NCBI GenBank assembly: GCA_044450345.1
Contig: JBIOIY010000002.1
Coordinates: forward strand, 128,001-192,000
Source of the DNA: Thermodesulfovibrionales bacterium
GTDB lineage: Bacteria; Nitrospirota; Thermodesulfovibrionia; Thermodesulfovibrionales; UBA6898
DNA length: 64,000 nt
Reading direction: 5' to 3'
In this document: positions 19,968-30,171 of the stretch, one piece after another
Position numbering within the stretch: position 1 is the stretch's first letter
Layout of the letters: each line of letters starts with the position of its first letter
Translations under genes and position numbers: made by a program
The notes under the pieces: model-generated
Told to the model about the DNA's origin: nothing
The model's database searches: none
What the model saw: the letters and a program-made list of their open reading frames with translations, nothing else

Positions 19968-21434
19968 TTATTTGCCGGAAAGAGTTATGAAGAGTGAAGA
20001 GCCCCCCCTGTAAACGAGCAGCAGGATATTCTCATCTTTCTTGATCCCTGCGGCTGCCTCCTGATACTCCTTAACGCTGCCGACCCTTTTCCTGTTTATT
20101 TCCTGGATAATATCGCCCTGCATCAGTACGCCTGCGGCTAGACTATCTTCCTCGACATCGCTCACAATCACTCCCCTCACCCTGCCCGGGATGTTCAGTT
20201 TCTTCGCTATTTCCGGGGTAATGTCCTGCACACTTATCCCTCTCAACGCGCCTTCGTAATCACTGCTTTGGGCCTGCTGCAGGTCGGACGGGAGTTCACC
20301 GATAGTCACCTTCAAGATAAGCGTTTCATCATTTCTCAACACTTTTAGAGAGTGTTCTTCGCCGGGGACCGTATTTGCAACCATGTTGCGAAACTGGCTT
20401 GGCTCATCGGTATTCTTCCCGTCGTATTCCAAAATGATGTCACCCCTCTTAAGCCCTGCCTTTTCCGCCGGGCTGCTTTCATTCACATCGCTCACAAGAA
20501 CGCCTTTCTCTCCCTTGAGATTGAACTGTTTTGCAAGCTCAGGAGTGATGCTCTGTATCGAGACACCCAGCCAGCCTCTTACCACCCTTCCCTTCTTGAC
20601 GAGGCTGTCCTTGATCGATTTCACCATATTGCTCGGGATCGCGAATCCTATCCCCTGATATCCGCCGCTCGTACTGAAGATGGCCGTGTTGATACCGACT
20701 ACTTCGCCCCTGACGTTCACAAGTGCCCCGCCGGAATTGCCCGGATTTATCGCGGCATCGGTCTGTATGAAGTCCTCGTAATCTGCTATCCCGACATTTG
20801 CCCTTCCGACGGCAGAAACAATGCCCATGGTGACAGTCTGGTTCAGACCGAACGGGTTGCCGACGGCCAGGACTATCTCTCCCACCTCAAGTGCATCGGA
20901 ATCCCCCCAATTCAGGGGCGGAAGGCCTTTGGCCTCTATCTTTACAACCGATATCTCCGTCTTCGGATCTGACCCTATCACCTTTCCGCTGAATTCCCTT
21001 TTATCGGACAACAGGACCTTAATCTCGTCCGCGTCCTTGACAACATGGTAGTTGGTGATGATATATCCGTCGGAAGAAATGATTACCCCCGAACCCAGCG
21101 CCGCAGACTTGTGTTCCTTTGGCTGTCTATGCTGGCCGAACCTGTCCCCAAAAAAACGTCTGAAGAAGGGATCATCATAGGGATCTGAGCCGCCCGCAAT
21201 CTTTACCGTCCGCGTAGTCGAGATGTTCACGATCGCCGGCTTGACCGCAGCCGAGACCTCCGCCATTGCCCTGCCGATCTTAGTCAACGATTCTACCGAC
21301 TGCGCTGACACCTTAGGTGCTGCTCCAAAGGAATCCGCCGGAAGGCAAAGATTTCCGCACAAGGCAATACCGAGAACACACATCACAGCGACAATAAGAA
21401 AAGAATTGTAATAACCTTTGACTTTTGATTCCAT
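19968..21434 (-). CDS. degQ: DegQ/HtrA periplasmic serine protease with two PDZ domains
   Basis: LGSGVII, TNYHVV, TDAAINPGNSGG, PDZ repeats; signal peptide. Confidence 0.93.
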   Translation of the reverse strand: MESKVKGYYNSFLIVAVMCVLGIALCGNLCLPADSFGAAPKVSAQSVESLTKIGRAMAEVSAAVKPAIVNISTTRTVKIAGGSDPYDDPFFRRFFGDRFGQHRQPKEHKSAALGSGVIISSDGYIITNYHVVKDADEIKVLLSDKREFSGKVIGSDPKTEISVVKIEAKGLPPLNWGDSDALEVGEIVLAVGNPFGLNQTVTMGIVSAVGRANVGIADYEDFIQTDAAINPGNSGGALVNVRGEVVGINTAIFSTSGGYQGIGFAIPSNMVKSIKDSLVKKGRVVRGWLGVSIQSITPELAKQFNLKGEKGVLVSDVNESSPAEKAGLKRGDIILEYDGKNTDEPSQFRNMVANTVPGEEHSLKVLRNDETLILKVTIGELPSDLQQAQSSDYEGALRGISVQDITPEIAKKLNIPGRVRGVIVSDVEEDSLAAGVLMQGDIIQEINRKRVGSVKEYQEAAAGIKKDENILLLVYRGGSSLFITLSGK

Positions 21435-21608
21435 TGCTCCTCCTGCTTTTGACTAAATTTGCTGAATTTAAGTTATTTTTTAATTATACCACTGCACAAT
21501 TTTTTCCTGGAAATATTGCCGGTCCAGCAGTACCCGTAACCGTATCTCCACTCATGAAATTATAAATATATGCTTGCACATAATTCTACTTTTAACAATT
21601 TTTTCTTA

Positions 21609-21637
21609 TTGAAAGTTGATCTTGCAAGGAGTACCAT
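21609..21637 (+). promoter_or_regulatory. sigma70-type promoter
   Basis: TTGAAA-17 nt-TACCAT upstream of the transporter gene. Confidence 0.5.
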
Positions 21638-21763
21638 GAAAAGTGTATAAACAATAACGCTGCAAGAGGAAGGAGGTGGGGTTTCTCAGGGCATGCTTTC
21701 TTTCAGTGGCAGGATATAGTCTGACTGACTTTTAACCACTATTCCCAACAGGGAGGTTACTGT

Positions 21764-23281
21764 ATGGAAAAAAAGAGGCAGGGTATTAATGAAGATAAAC
21801 TCGCTGAAGGACAATGCAACAGTCCGGAGACGTGCGCAACCGAGAAGAGGGGTATCAGCGAGGACTGGCTGGCTGTCTGCATAGGTCTTTTTATATTTGT
21901 TCTTTCGCTCGGTGTGTTCGCTGGAATTGACCTTTTGGGTTTCGGAATAACTACAGGTATTTGGACAGACATTTCAAAAGCGCTGAAGCCTGTTGCCAAG
22001 TCGTTTGCGGATTTAGGGGGAATCGGTTCATTGCTCGCCACTTATGCATTCCTGCTGGTCGTTATGACGATAGGCGCTGCTGCTCTGAGAGCAAAAATAG
22101 GAAAATTCATCGTCAGTTTTACATTGATATTCTTCATAAGTTACATATGTTGGATCATAGGAAGCTGGGCGAATATCGCGGCCACAACCCCTCCTGATAT
22201 GCAAAAGTTCGGGATCACCTGGTCGCTGAAATTGACTCCGGAGGCGGGGTTCATTGTGGCATTGATCCTCGGCTTGATCGTCGGGAATTTTTTCCAGGGT
22301 TTTGCTGCTGCCATAAAAGAAGCGGTGCGGCCTGAACTCTATATCAAAACCGCCATAGTTATACTCGGAGGTTTTCTGGGAGTGACTGCGGCAGAAAAAC
22401 TGGGGCTGGCGACCGCTGTCATGTTTAGGGGCCTCTGCGCGATAGTTGAAGCGTACCTCATATATTGGGCCCTTGTTTATTTTATCGCGAGAAAATACTT
22501 CAAGTTCAGCAGAGAATGGGCTGCGCCTCTTGCATCGGGCATATCTATCTGCGGAGTTTCTGCCGCTATCGCAACGGGCGGAGCAATAAAGGCCAGACCC
22601 ATAGTACCCATCATGGTGTCTTCTCTTGTCGTCATCTTTGCAGTCGTTGAACTTCTGGTCCTCCCTTTCATCGCGCAGGAGTTCCTCTATAAAGAACCGA
22701 TGGTCGCAGGAGCCTGGATGGGTCTTGCCGTAAAAACAGACGGCGCTGCGGTGGCTAGCGGGGCCGTTGCAGATTCACTCATTCGGGCCAAAGCCCTTGC
22801 GGTAGATGGGGTAAATTATAAAGAAGGCTGGATAATGGGCGCTGCCACAACGGTAAAGGTCTTCATCGATGTCTTTATCGGCATCTGGGCCTTCATCCTT
22901 GCGATCATATGGTGCTCGGTGATTGAGTGCAAACCGGGCGAAAGGGTCAGACCAGGACAAATCTGGGACAGATTTCCAAAGTTTGTCATCGGGTATGTGG
23001 TCACGTTCCTTGTAATATTGTACATCGGTATTACTTACCCTGCTTTGATGGGCAAGACAAAGTCGGCGATGAGCGAGGACAATGTCTTTAGAGGCATTTT
23101 TTTCACCATGACTTTTTTTACGATCGGCGTTGTGTCCAATTTCAAGAAGCTTTGGGAAGAGGGCATAGGCAGATTGGCAGCAGTGTATCTGCTGTGCCTC
23201 TTTGGGTTTATAATTTGGATAGGGTTGTTTATTTCGTGGTTGTTTTTCCACGGAGTAAAACCGCCCCTGGTAACCGGTTAA
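21764..23281 (+). CDS. YeiH/UPF0324 (putative sulfate exporter) family membrane protein
   Basis: Many TM segments; IKTAIVILG, GISICGVSAAIAT, RFPKFVIG motifs. Confidence 0.85.
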   Translation: MEKKRQGINEDKLAEGQCNSPETCATEKRGISEDWLAVCIGLFIFVLSLGVFAGIDLLGFGITTGIWTDISKALKPVAKSFADLGGIGSLLATYAFLLVVMTIGAAALRAKIGKFIVSFTLIFFISYICWIIGSWANIAATTPPDMQKFGITWSLKLTPEAGFIVALILGLIVGNFFQGFAAAIKEAVRPELYIKTAIVILGGFLGVTAAEKLGLATAVMFRGLCAIVEAYLIYWALVYFIARKYFKFSREWAAPLASGISICGVSAAIATGGAIKARPIVPIMVSSLVVIFAVVELLVLPFIAQEFLYKEPMVAGAWMGLAVKTDGAAVASGAVADSLIRAKALAVDGVNYKEGWIMGAATTVKVFIDVFIGIWAFILAIIWCSVIECKPGERVRPGQIWDRFPKFVIGYVVTFLVILYIGITYPALMGKTKSAMSEDNVFRGIFFTMTFFTIGVVSNFKKLWEEGIGRLAAVYLLCLFGFIIWIGLFISWLFFHGVKPPLVTG

Positions 23282-23302
23282 ACGATTTAATAGGGAGGTC
23301 AT

Positions 23303-23464
23303 ATGCCTGAAGAACCTAAATTGTCGGAAGAACTTAAGAAAATGGAGTACGAGGAACTTCTCCCCATTGAGAAGAAGCTTATAGGTTACAGTCTTATATT
23401 GGGGACCGCGCTTCTGGGGTTACTCGTCTGGGTAAGTTACACCTTCTTCCCCACCGGCCACTGA
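23303..23464 (+). CDS. 53-aa single-TM small protein (MPEEPKLSEELKKMEYEELLPIEKKLIGYSLILGTALLGLLVWVSYTFFPTGH)
   Basis: Manual translation; GGGAGG RBS 5 nt before ATG; lies between the transporter and a terminator. Confidence 0.8.
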   Translation: MPEEPKLSEELKKMEYEELLPIEKKLIGYSLILGTALLGLLVWVSYTFFPTGH

Positions 23465-23476
23465 TGTCTTTTCGCC

Positions 23477-23515
23477 AAAGACGTGCAAGGATCAGCACTC
23501 CTTGCACGTCTTTTT
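23477..23515 (+). terminator. intrinsic terminator
   Basis: AAAGACGTGCAAGGA/TCCTTGCACGTCTTT stem plus T-run. Confidence 0.85.
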
Positions 23516-23594
23516 CCTCCGCCTTTCCTTCTACCTTTTTTTCTGTTTCTTTCCCTCTCCTGCTCATCTAAGCTTTTTTTGTGTAGAATAGAGC

Positions 23595-25796
23595 ATGCTC
23601 ACGCAATTGCAGGGCCAGTTGGAACGAATCACATACCACAACGAGGAAAACCACTATACGATCGCTAAACTCAGGGTGCAGGGTCGGCGGGACCTCGTGA
23701 CCGTCGTCGGCAATATTGTGACCACATCGCCAGGTGAAGTCCTCAGACTGACGGGCAGCTGGGAGACCCACCCGAAATATGGGGAACAGTTCAAAATCCT
23801 GTCCTACGAATCCGTTGTGCCTGCCACCGTCAAGGGTATAGAACGATATCTCGGGTCAGGTCTTATTAAAGGCATCGGGCCGATAATGGCAAAGCGTCTC
23901 GTCGATAAATTCGGCGAGGAGACGCTCGTCGTCATCGAGACAAAGTCCGAAAGACTCCAGGAAGTCGAAGGCATCGCGGGCAAAAGGATCGAAATGATAA
24001 AAACGGCGTGGGACGGGCAAAAAGAGGTCAGGGAAGTGATGCTTTTTCTCCAGGGCCACGAGGTGGGCTCTTCATATGCCGCGAAGATTTACAAGCAATA
24101 CGGAAAAGACTCTATCAGAGTAGTAAGAGAGAATCCTTACAGACTGGCCCGGGATATCTTCGGAATCGGGTTCCTCACCGCGGACAAGATCGCGGAGAAA
24201 TTGGGCATCCCCAGGGACTCTTCGATGCGGGCAGAGGCCGGCATTCTCCATGTATTGGAACAGCTCTCGTCCGAAGGACACGTCTTTTACCCGTATGGGC
24301 CTTTGACTGACGAGTGTGAAAAGATCCTCGCGGTCAGCCGGGACATCATCGTTCACGCCGTCGAAAAAATCGCTGCTGAGAAGAAAATCACGATCGAAGG
24401 ACCCTTCGGAGAGGAAGGGGGAGGCGACAGGGCAGTTTATCTCACTGAATTCATGATTTCCGAGAAGGGCATCGCCGACAAACTCGGGGAGATCGCACGT
24501 AATCAAGCCAAGATACTGCGGTTTGACTGCGATGCCGAGATCGAGAAGGTGCAGAAAGAATTGGAGATAACACTCGCCTTGAACCAGACGAGGGCGGTCA
24601 GGGCGGCGCTGGAGAAAAATGCGCTCGTAATTACCGGGGGGCCAGGGACCGGAAAGACTACGATCATCAGGACGATTATCAGGGTCTACGGCAGACACGG
24701 CAGCAGTGTGGCGCTCGCGGCCCCGACAGGCAGGGCCGCCAAAAGGCTGTCGGAGGCCGCTGGACAGGACGCCAAGACCATCCATCGCCTCCTCGAATTC
24801 AGCCCGAAACTCGGCAGTTTCAAAAGAAACGAAGATTTCCATGTAGATGCGGATGTGGTCATAATCGATGAAGCATCGATGATCGACTCGTTACTCATGC
24901 ATCATCTACTTAAGGCTATATCTGGTGATGCGACGCTCATTCTCGTAGGCGACGTCGATCAGCTGCCGTCCGTAGGGGCTGGGAACGTCCTGAAAGACAT
25001 CATAGATTCCCGCCTCGTCACCACCGTCAAGCTCGACGAGATATTCAGACAATCCGATCAGAGTCTTATTGTCGTGAACGCACACAAGATAAACCATGGC
25101 GACTTTCCGGTCCTGTCTTCCCAGAAAGACGTACCGCAGGATTTTTATTTTATCGATCTGGACGATCCTGAAGAGGTCTGCAAGACGATATTGACCATGT
25201 GCCGTAACAAAATACCCGAGAAATTCGGCTTCCACCCAATAAATGAGATACAGGTGCTGTCCCCTATGCACAGGGGCATCGTCGGCGCGGCGAACCTGAA
25301 CGTTGAACTCCAGAAACATCTTAATCAATCTGCAGATGAGCTGCTAAGGGGGGGCAGACTATTCAAGACGGGGGACAAGGTCATGCAGATAAGGAACAAT
25401 TACGACAAGGACATATATAACGGCGACATAGGGAAGATCCTATCGATCGACAGGGAAGAACAGGAAATCAGCGTGGACTATGAAGGCAAATGCATATCCT
25501 ATGATTTCATGGAACTCGATGAAGTCGTGCTCGCCTATGCGGTTTCAGTCCATAAGAGTCAGGGGAGCGAATATCCGGCAGTGGTAATGCCGCTTCTTAC
25601 TCAGCATTACATGATGCTCCAGCGAAACCTCCTTTACACGGCGATCACACGCGGGAAGAAACTGGTCGTTCTTATCGGCACAAAGAAGGCGCTTGCAATC
25701 GCGATAAGGAACAATAAGCAGCAGATGCGGTATACGAGACTGAAGGAAAGGCTAAAGAATTTCGGGATCGATAAATCGCGCCTCTATGCAATTTGA
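23595..25796 (+). CDS. recD2: RecD-like (RecD2) SF1B helicase
   Basis: HPKYGEQF, HhH repeats, GGPGTGKTT, TIHRLL, DEASM, HKSQGSEY, YTAITRGK. Confidence 0.95.
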   Translation: MLTQLQGQLERITYHNEENHYTIAKLRVQGRRDLVTVVGNIVTTSPGEVLRLTGSWETHPKYGEQFKILSYESVVPATVKGIERYLGSGLIKGIGPIMAKRLVDKFGEETLVVIETKSERLQEVEGIAGKRIEMIKTAWDGQKEVREVMLFLQGHEVGSSYAAKIYKQYGKDSIRVVRENPYRLARDIFGIGFLTADKIAEKLGIPRDSSMRAEAGILHVLEQLSSEGHVFYPYGPLTDECEKILAVSRDIIVHAVEKIAAEKKITIEGPFGEEGGGDRAVYLTEFMISEKGIADKLGEIARNQAKILRFDCDAEIEKVQKELEITLALNQTRAVRAALEKNALVITGGPGTGKTTIIRTIIRVYGRHGSSVALAAPTGRAAKRLSEAAGQDAKTIHRLLEFSPKLGSFKRNEDFHVDADVVIIDEASMIDSLLMHHLLKAISGDATLILVGDVDQLPSVGAGNVLKDIIDSRLVTTVKLDEIFRQSDQSLIVVNAHKINHGDFPVLSSQKDVPQDFYFIDLDDPEEVCKTILTMCRNKIPEKFGFHPINEIQVLSPMHRGIVGAANLNVELQKHLNQSADELLRGGRLFKTGDKVMQIRNNYDKDIYNGDIGKILSIDREEQEISVDYEGKCISYDFMELDEVVLAYAVSVHKSQGSEYPAVVMPLLTQHYMMLQRNLLYTAITRGKKLVVLIGTKKALAIAIRNNKQQMRYTRLKERLKNFGIDKSRLYAI

Positions 25797-25880
25797 TGTT
25801 TGTTTGTTATCCGGTGTCGGGGCGTAATTCATTACGCCATGAATTGCTGCAGATGACAGACGCCAGGACATAGTAGCGCC

Positions 25881-26174
25881 CTACTCGAAACACTCCATAC
25901 TGCGCTGTTTGTTGATCTCTGTATGTTTTTTCTCACACCAGACATTTCCAAGCTGAGGGGTCTCTCCGGACGGCTTCAGCATCTTGGCCTTCTTGCACGA
26001 AATGCAGTGCCTGACTTTTACACCGCCTATAGGCACATGGCAGGGCATCTGCCTGTTCTTGGCCATCTGCATTTGGCGCTGTCCGCACCAGACCGTCCCC
26101 TGAGCAGGACGCTGACCTCCCGGCTTTACGTCGTAACCGAATTTGCACTTACCGCAGGCATTTTCCATCGTCAT
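25881..26174 (-). CDS. 97-aa Cys-rich protein with an internal tandem duplication
   Basis: ATG overlaps udg stop (ATGA); two copies of CxxCK...KPxG..P..GxVWC...MxC. Confidence 0.75.
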   Translation of the reverse strand: MTMENACGKCKFGYDVKPGGQRPAQGTVWCGQRQMQMAKNRQMPCHVPIGGVKVRHCISCKKAKMLKPSGETPQLGNVWCEKKHTEINKQRSMECFE

Positions 26175-26875
26175 TCCCGCCCGGAGAGACGCTCCATGAC
26201 CTTTTGGGCATCGGACCACGTAAGCCACTTGTCTTTTGGGTTTCTGAGAAGGTAAGCCGGATGGAACGTAGGCATCACAGGGATTCCATTATAATCAAAA
26301 AAATTACCCCGAACCGCGGTTATCTTTAACTCCTGTCTTTTTAACAGCGTCTGGAGGGCTATCCTGCCGAGCGTGATAATCACCTCGGGATGTATAATCT
26401 CGATTTGACGCTCAATGAAACCCCTGCAGCTTGCGACCTCATCTTCCTCCGGGTCCCGGTTCATCGGCGGTCTGCACTTCACGATATTGGCAATATAGAC
26501 GTCGCCCCTTTTCAGGCCGACATCCCCTATATACATCTTTTCGATGAGTTTTGTGAGAAGCATCCCGGCTTCGCCGACGAAGGGCCTTCCCTTCAAGTCC
26601 TCTTCCCTGCCCGGCCCTTCGCCGATAAACATGATCTTAGCCCCGGGATTCCCCTCACCGAAAACAATACTATTTCTGTTTTTCGAGAGTTTGCATCTGA
26701 CACAAGCACCAATCTCATTTCTAAGTCCCGAGAGGAGGCGTTCCTTGTCTCCATTGCACTGATCAATGCTGCCTGGGGGTGCCAGGCGGAGGGGTATGCC
26801 TTCGATGCCGAGGGCTTGGTAGAACTCGAGCATAGTCTTTAAATCGTCGATGATGTCGTTTCTCCGTCCATTCAT
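26171..26875 (-). CDS. udg: family 4 uracil-DNA glycosylase (4Fe-4S)
   Basis: CVRCKL, GEGPG, PFVGEAG, KCRPP, TFHPAYLLR. Confidence 0.93.
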   Translation of the reverse strand: MNGRRNDIIDDLKTMLEFYQALGIEGIPLRLAPPGSIDQCNGDKERLLSGLRNEIGACVRCKLSKNRNSIVFGEGNPGAKIMFIGEGPGREEDLKGRPFVGEAGMLLTKLIEKMYIGDVGLKRGDVYIANIVKCRPPMNRDPEEDEVASCRGFIERQIEIIHPEVIITLGRIALQTLLKRQELKITAVRGNFFDYNGIPVMPTFHPAYLLRNPKDKWLTWSDAQKVMERLSGRE

Positions 26876-26894
26876 AGCGAAATTGCCGCGCAGG

Positions 26895-27746
26895 TCAGCG
26901 CTCCCCCCACTTCAGTTTAGTCCTAAGGACCTTGAAATAATCGCGTTCGCAGGGGATAAGCAGCCTAGTCTTGAACGGCGATTTATTGATTTCTATGACG
27001 TCATCCTTTCTGAGTGAAAAACCGACCTGCCCGTCGAGGGTCAGATATACGTCTTCGCTGAGAGTCTTCAGGGTGATCTCAACCTTAAAATCATCAGGCA
27101 AAACGATAGGCCTGTTTGTCAGCGTATGGGAGCATATCGGCGTAAGGACGATACTGTTGAGGGTCGGATAGAGTATGGGCCCACCGGCTGAAAGCGAATA
27201 GGCTGTAGAGCCGGTCGGAGTCGAGATGATCAACCCATCGGCCTTAAATGTCGTCACATAAACCCCGTTGATCAACGCCTCCAGGTCGATAATCCTCGCA
27301 AGAGCGCCCTTGTTTATCACTACATCGTTGAGAACGGTATACTCGGCGATCTTTTCTCCCTCCCTTACGATCCTCGCACAGAGCATCAGCCTTTCTTCGA
27401 TGATATACGTATCGGAAAGCATTGCGTCGACGGCCTGATAGATCTCGCCACGGTTTATCTCGGTAATAAATCCCATCGTCCCCAGGTTGACACCCAGTAT
27501 GGGTATGCCCTTTTCCGCAACCAGTCTGCTCACGCTGAGCATCGTTCCGTCGCCGCCCAGGACTATCACTGCGTCAACAAGAGAGGCTATTTCCGCCCTT
27601 GTATGTCCCTCTATCTTCAGCAGGGCGGCGGTGTCCGGATCTACATAGAGCTCATGTCCCTGCCGCCGCAGGCGGGGCAAAAGTTCCTTCATGATCTCCT
27701 GCGATTCGGGCCTCCCGGACTTACTGATTATGCCTATCTTCTTCAT
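26895..27746 (-). CDS. nadK: NAD kinase
   Basis: GGDGT, LNDVV, DGLIISTPTGSTAYSLSAGGP. Confidence 0.96.
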   Translation of the reverse strand: MKKIGIISKSGRPESQEIMKELLPRLRRQGHELYVDPDTAALLKIEGHTRAEIASLVDAVIVLGGDGTMLSVSRLVAEKGIPILGVNLGTMGFITEINRGEIYQAVDAMLSDTYIIEERLMLCARIVREGEKIAEYTVLNDVVINKGALARIIDLEALINGVYVTTFKADGLIISTPTGSTAYSLSAGGPILYPTLNSIVLTPICSHTLTNRPIVLPDDFKVEITLKTLSEDVYLTLDGQVGFSLRKDDVIEINKSPFKTRLLIPCERDYFKVLRTKLKWGER

Positions 27747-28158
27747 TAAACCCCTCTATATATATTTCTCTTCGATTATCACCCACATCCTTCAATCGGA
27801 CCCTTATGAAGCCGGCTGCAGACGCCCCGAGCTTCTCGGCCCATTCTATAACGGCCACAGAATCCCTTCCTAGACAGTCCCAGATCCCCGTACCGTCCAC
27901 GTCCTCTTCTTTCTCCACCCTGTAAAGGTCTATATGAAAAAAAGCCGGGACAGTGTCATGCTCGGCTATTATCGTAAAGCTGGCGCTCGTAACGTCCCTT
28001 CCAGCGACGCCGAAGGCCCTCGCAATTCCCTTTACCATCGTTGTCTTGCCGGTCCCCAGATCCCCATAAAGCGCAACAACATCACCGGCCTTCAACCTTT
28101 TCCCGAGTTCATACCCTGCCTGCTCGGTCTCATCCGGATCGTTACTTACCAGTTTCAC
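27721..28158 (-). CDS. tsaE: tRNA t6A ATPase TsaE
   Basis: LYGDLGTGKTT, HIDLYR, IEWAE. Confidence 0.92.
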   Translation of the reverse strand: MKLVSNDPDETEQAGYELGKRLKAGDVVALYGDLGTGKTTMVKGIARAFGVAGRDVTSASFTIIAEHDTVPAFFHIDLYRVEKEEDVDGTGIWDCLGRDSVAVIEWAEKLGASAAGFIRVRLKDVGDNRREIYIEGFNEEDRHNQ

Positions 28159-28600
28159 CCATCGTGCCTTTGATCACGGCAGTCTTGCCGATAATACCCA
28201 CAAGCTTTCCCGCACTGACAACCGGGAGCAGATGCACCCCTTTTTCAGACATGATCGTGGCGATTTCCTGGAGCGTCGTTTCGGGACCGACTGTGATCAC
28301 TGCGCGAGTACATATCTCGGAAACCGTCGATGCGGACATCCTCTGTATCTCTTTCTCCATAGAAGACGTGCCGAGGGGAATGAAGGCATCGAAAAGCCTT
28401 ACGATTGTAGGGATATGAAACCTGCTGTTCTGTTTTATCAGATCGTTTTCGGTCACTACCCCGAAGAGATTCTGTTCCGCATCCAAAACAGGGACCCCGC
28501 TAATTCCTTTTTCGATAAAAAGTCTGCCCAGCTCCTCCACCGTTGTATTGGGAGATACCGTGATCACCACGGTGCTCATGATGTCCTTGGCCTTTATCAT
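28142..28600 (-). CDS. CBS-domain protein
   Basis: Paired CBS motifs (KDIMS...ISGVPV, LPVV...LVGII). Confidence 0.88.
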   Translation of the reverse strand: MIKAKDIMSTVVITVSPNTTVEELGRLFIEKGISGVPVLDAEQNLFGVVTENDLIKQNSRFHIPTIVRLFDAFIPLGTSSMEKEIQRMSASTVSEICTRAVITVGPETTLQEIATIMSEKGVHLLPVVSAGKLVGIIGKTAVIKGTMGETGK

Positions 28601-28653
28601 AGACCCCCTCTTTTCTTTTTACTAATATTAACATGGAACGCATGCTTGGTCGT

Positions 28654-29415
28654 TCACATCCTGACTTCAGCCTCCGCAATCTCTCTCTCCGGCTTGATGA
28701 TCCAGATATAGCCAAACTCCCTTTCCTGATACACCCTCGCAAGCCCGAGACGTAAAAGCTCGAGGAGTGCAAGAAAGGTAACGATCCACCGCTTCCTTGT
28801 CACGCCGCCCTCGAAAAGCTCCTCAAAACGTATACTTTCAGAATTTTCTAGGAGGTCGACAATCAAGAACATCTTGTCTTTGACAGTCAGCGTCTCCATA
28901 GTGATCGTGCGCACTTCGGGAGGCGCAGCCTCAAGTATTTTCCTGAAAGCCCCGAGCAGATCAAAGATGTTCACCTCGAAAAGATAAGGCTCTGCCTCTG
29001 TATCTTCCCCTTCCTCTCCGGGCGTTTCCTCCGGCTCCCTTGAAAAGATCCTGAGCGACTCATCCTCCTTATCCTTCAGTATCGACGCGGCATCCTTGTA
29101 CGCCTGATACTCAAGAAGTCTCTGTACGAGTTCGAGTCGGGGATCTTCCATCTGCTCGGCTCCTGCGGCAGCCACCTCCTCGGGCGGCAGCAGCATCTTC
29201 GACTTGATCTGTATGAGTGTAGCCGCCATAACAAGAAATTCCCCGGCTATTTCAAGATTGAGCTCCTTCATCATCCCGACATACTCAAGATAACGGCCCG
29301 TGATAAATGAGATGGGGATATCGTAAATATCAATCTTATTTTCCCTAATGAGATGGAGGAGAAGATCAAGCGGGCCCTCGAATGCCGGTAATTTAATATT
29401 ATAAAGGTCTTCCAT
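28654..29415 (-). CDS. scpA: segregation and condensation protein A
   Basis: FEGPLDLLLHLI, FLVMAATL, TFLALLEL. Confidence 0.95.
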   Translation of the reverse strand: MEDLYNIKLPAFEGPLDLLLHLIRENKIDIYDIPISFITGRYLEYVGMMKELNLEIAGEFLVMAATLIQIKSKMLLPPEEVAAAGAEQMEDPRLELVQRLLEYQAYKDAASILKDKEDESLRIFSREPEETPGEEGEDTEAEPYLFEVNIFDLLGAFRKILEAAPPEVRTITMETLTVKDKMFLIVDLLENSESIRFEELFEGGVTRKRWIVTFLALLELLRLGLARVYQEREFGYIWIIKPEREIAEAEVRM

Positions 29416-29655
29416 GGTTCAATTCATATTTTACGGCAGTATTTTAACAGATTGTGAGAAAATTTGGTCTGACCGGGGCTCACTTCGCAATAGGTATTTT
29501 TCTCCCGATGAAAAGCCCAAGAAGCCGTCAAATGCGATTCACGATATGTACATTTGGCATGACAGGACTCTGGATCACGATAGCGCTATGATGTCGAAAA
29601 AACTTTCGGGGCCGAATAGCGACTGGACTCGTGTCGGTCTTAACGCGTACCTCCT

Positions 29656-29970
29656 CTATCGCTTTCCTGCCTTTTTCACGATATGAGCGGCTCTTGGAGA
29701 GACCTCCGGGTCAATGAGATAAGCCTCCGAAAAATACCTGCTGGCGTCGTCAAATTTCTTCAACTTATAGTCCGCATATCCCAGCAGATAATACGCAACA
29801 GGATCAGGAGTTTTAGATATATAATTCTTGAAATGCATCTCGGCCTTTCTGTAATCCCTTTTCCCGTAATACCTCAACCCCTTTTCGAAATCTTCACTCC
29901 CCGCGTATGTCTGGGAACATATCATAAAAGCCAAAATAAGCGAAAACACAACATAAGATAAAGTCTTCAT
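29656..29970 (-). CDS. secreted TPR protein
   Basis: Signal peptide; TPR-like AYYLLGYADYKLKKFDDA; GGAGG RBS. Confidence 0.75.
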   Translation of the reverse strand: MKTLSYVVFSLILAFMICSQTYAGSEDFEKGLRYYGKRDYRKAEMHFKNYISKTPDPVAYYLLGYADYKLKKFDDASRYFSEAYLIDPEVSPRAAHIVKKAGKR

Positions 29971-30171
29971 TTTTCGTTCCCTCCTACCTAATCATCGTTA
30001 TGCCTTCCGGTCTTAACTATATCACAAGATACGGCGATAATCAAAGGTATCAAAGCCATGAACCCGCGCCTTAAAGATCATTCAGCTGAAGGGCAAATGG
30101 GCGAACAGCAAAGCCGGGGAAAAGAGACACAATCGAAAAACACGAAGAAGGTTCTGCTACGGTGGCGACTT

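Noticed and set aside
21645..21763. Riboswitch or leader peptide in the transporter 5' UTR
   Set aside because: Only TCTCAGG resembles the glycine aptamer; the 8-codon ORF is poorly spaced from the GGAGG
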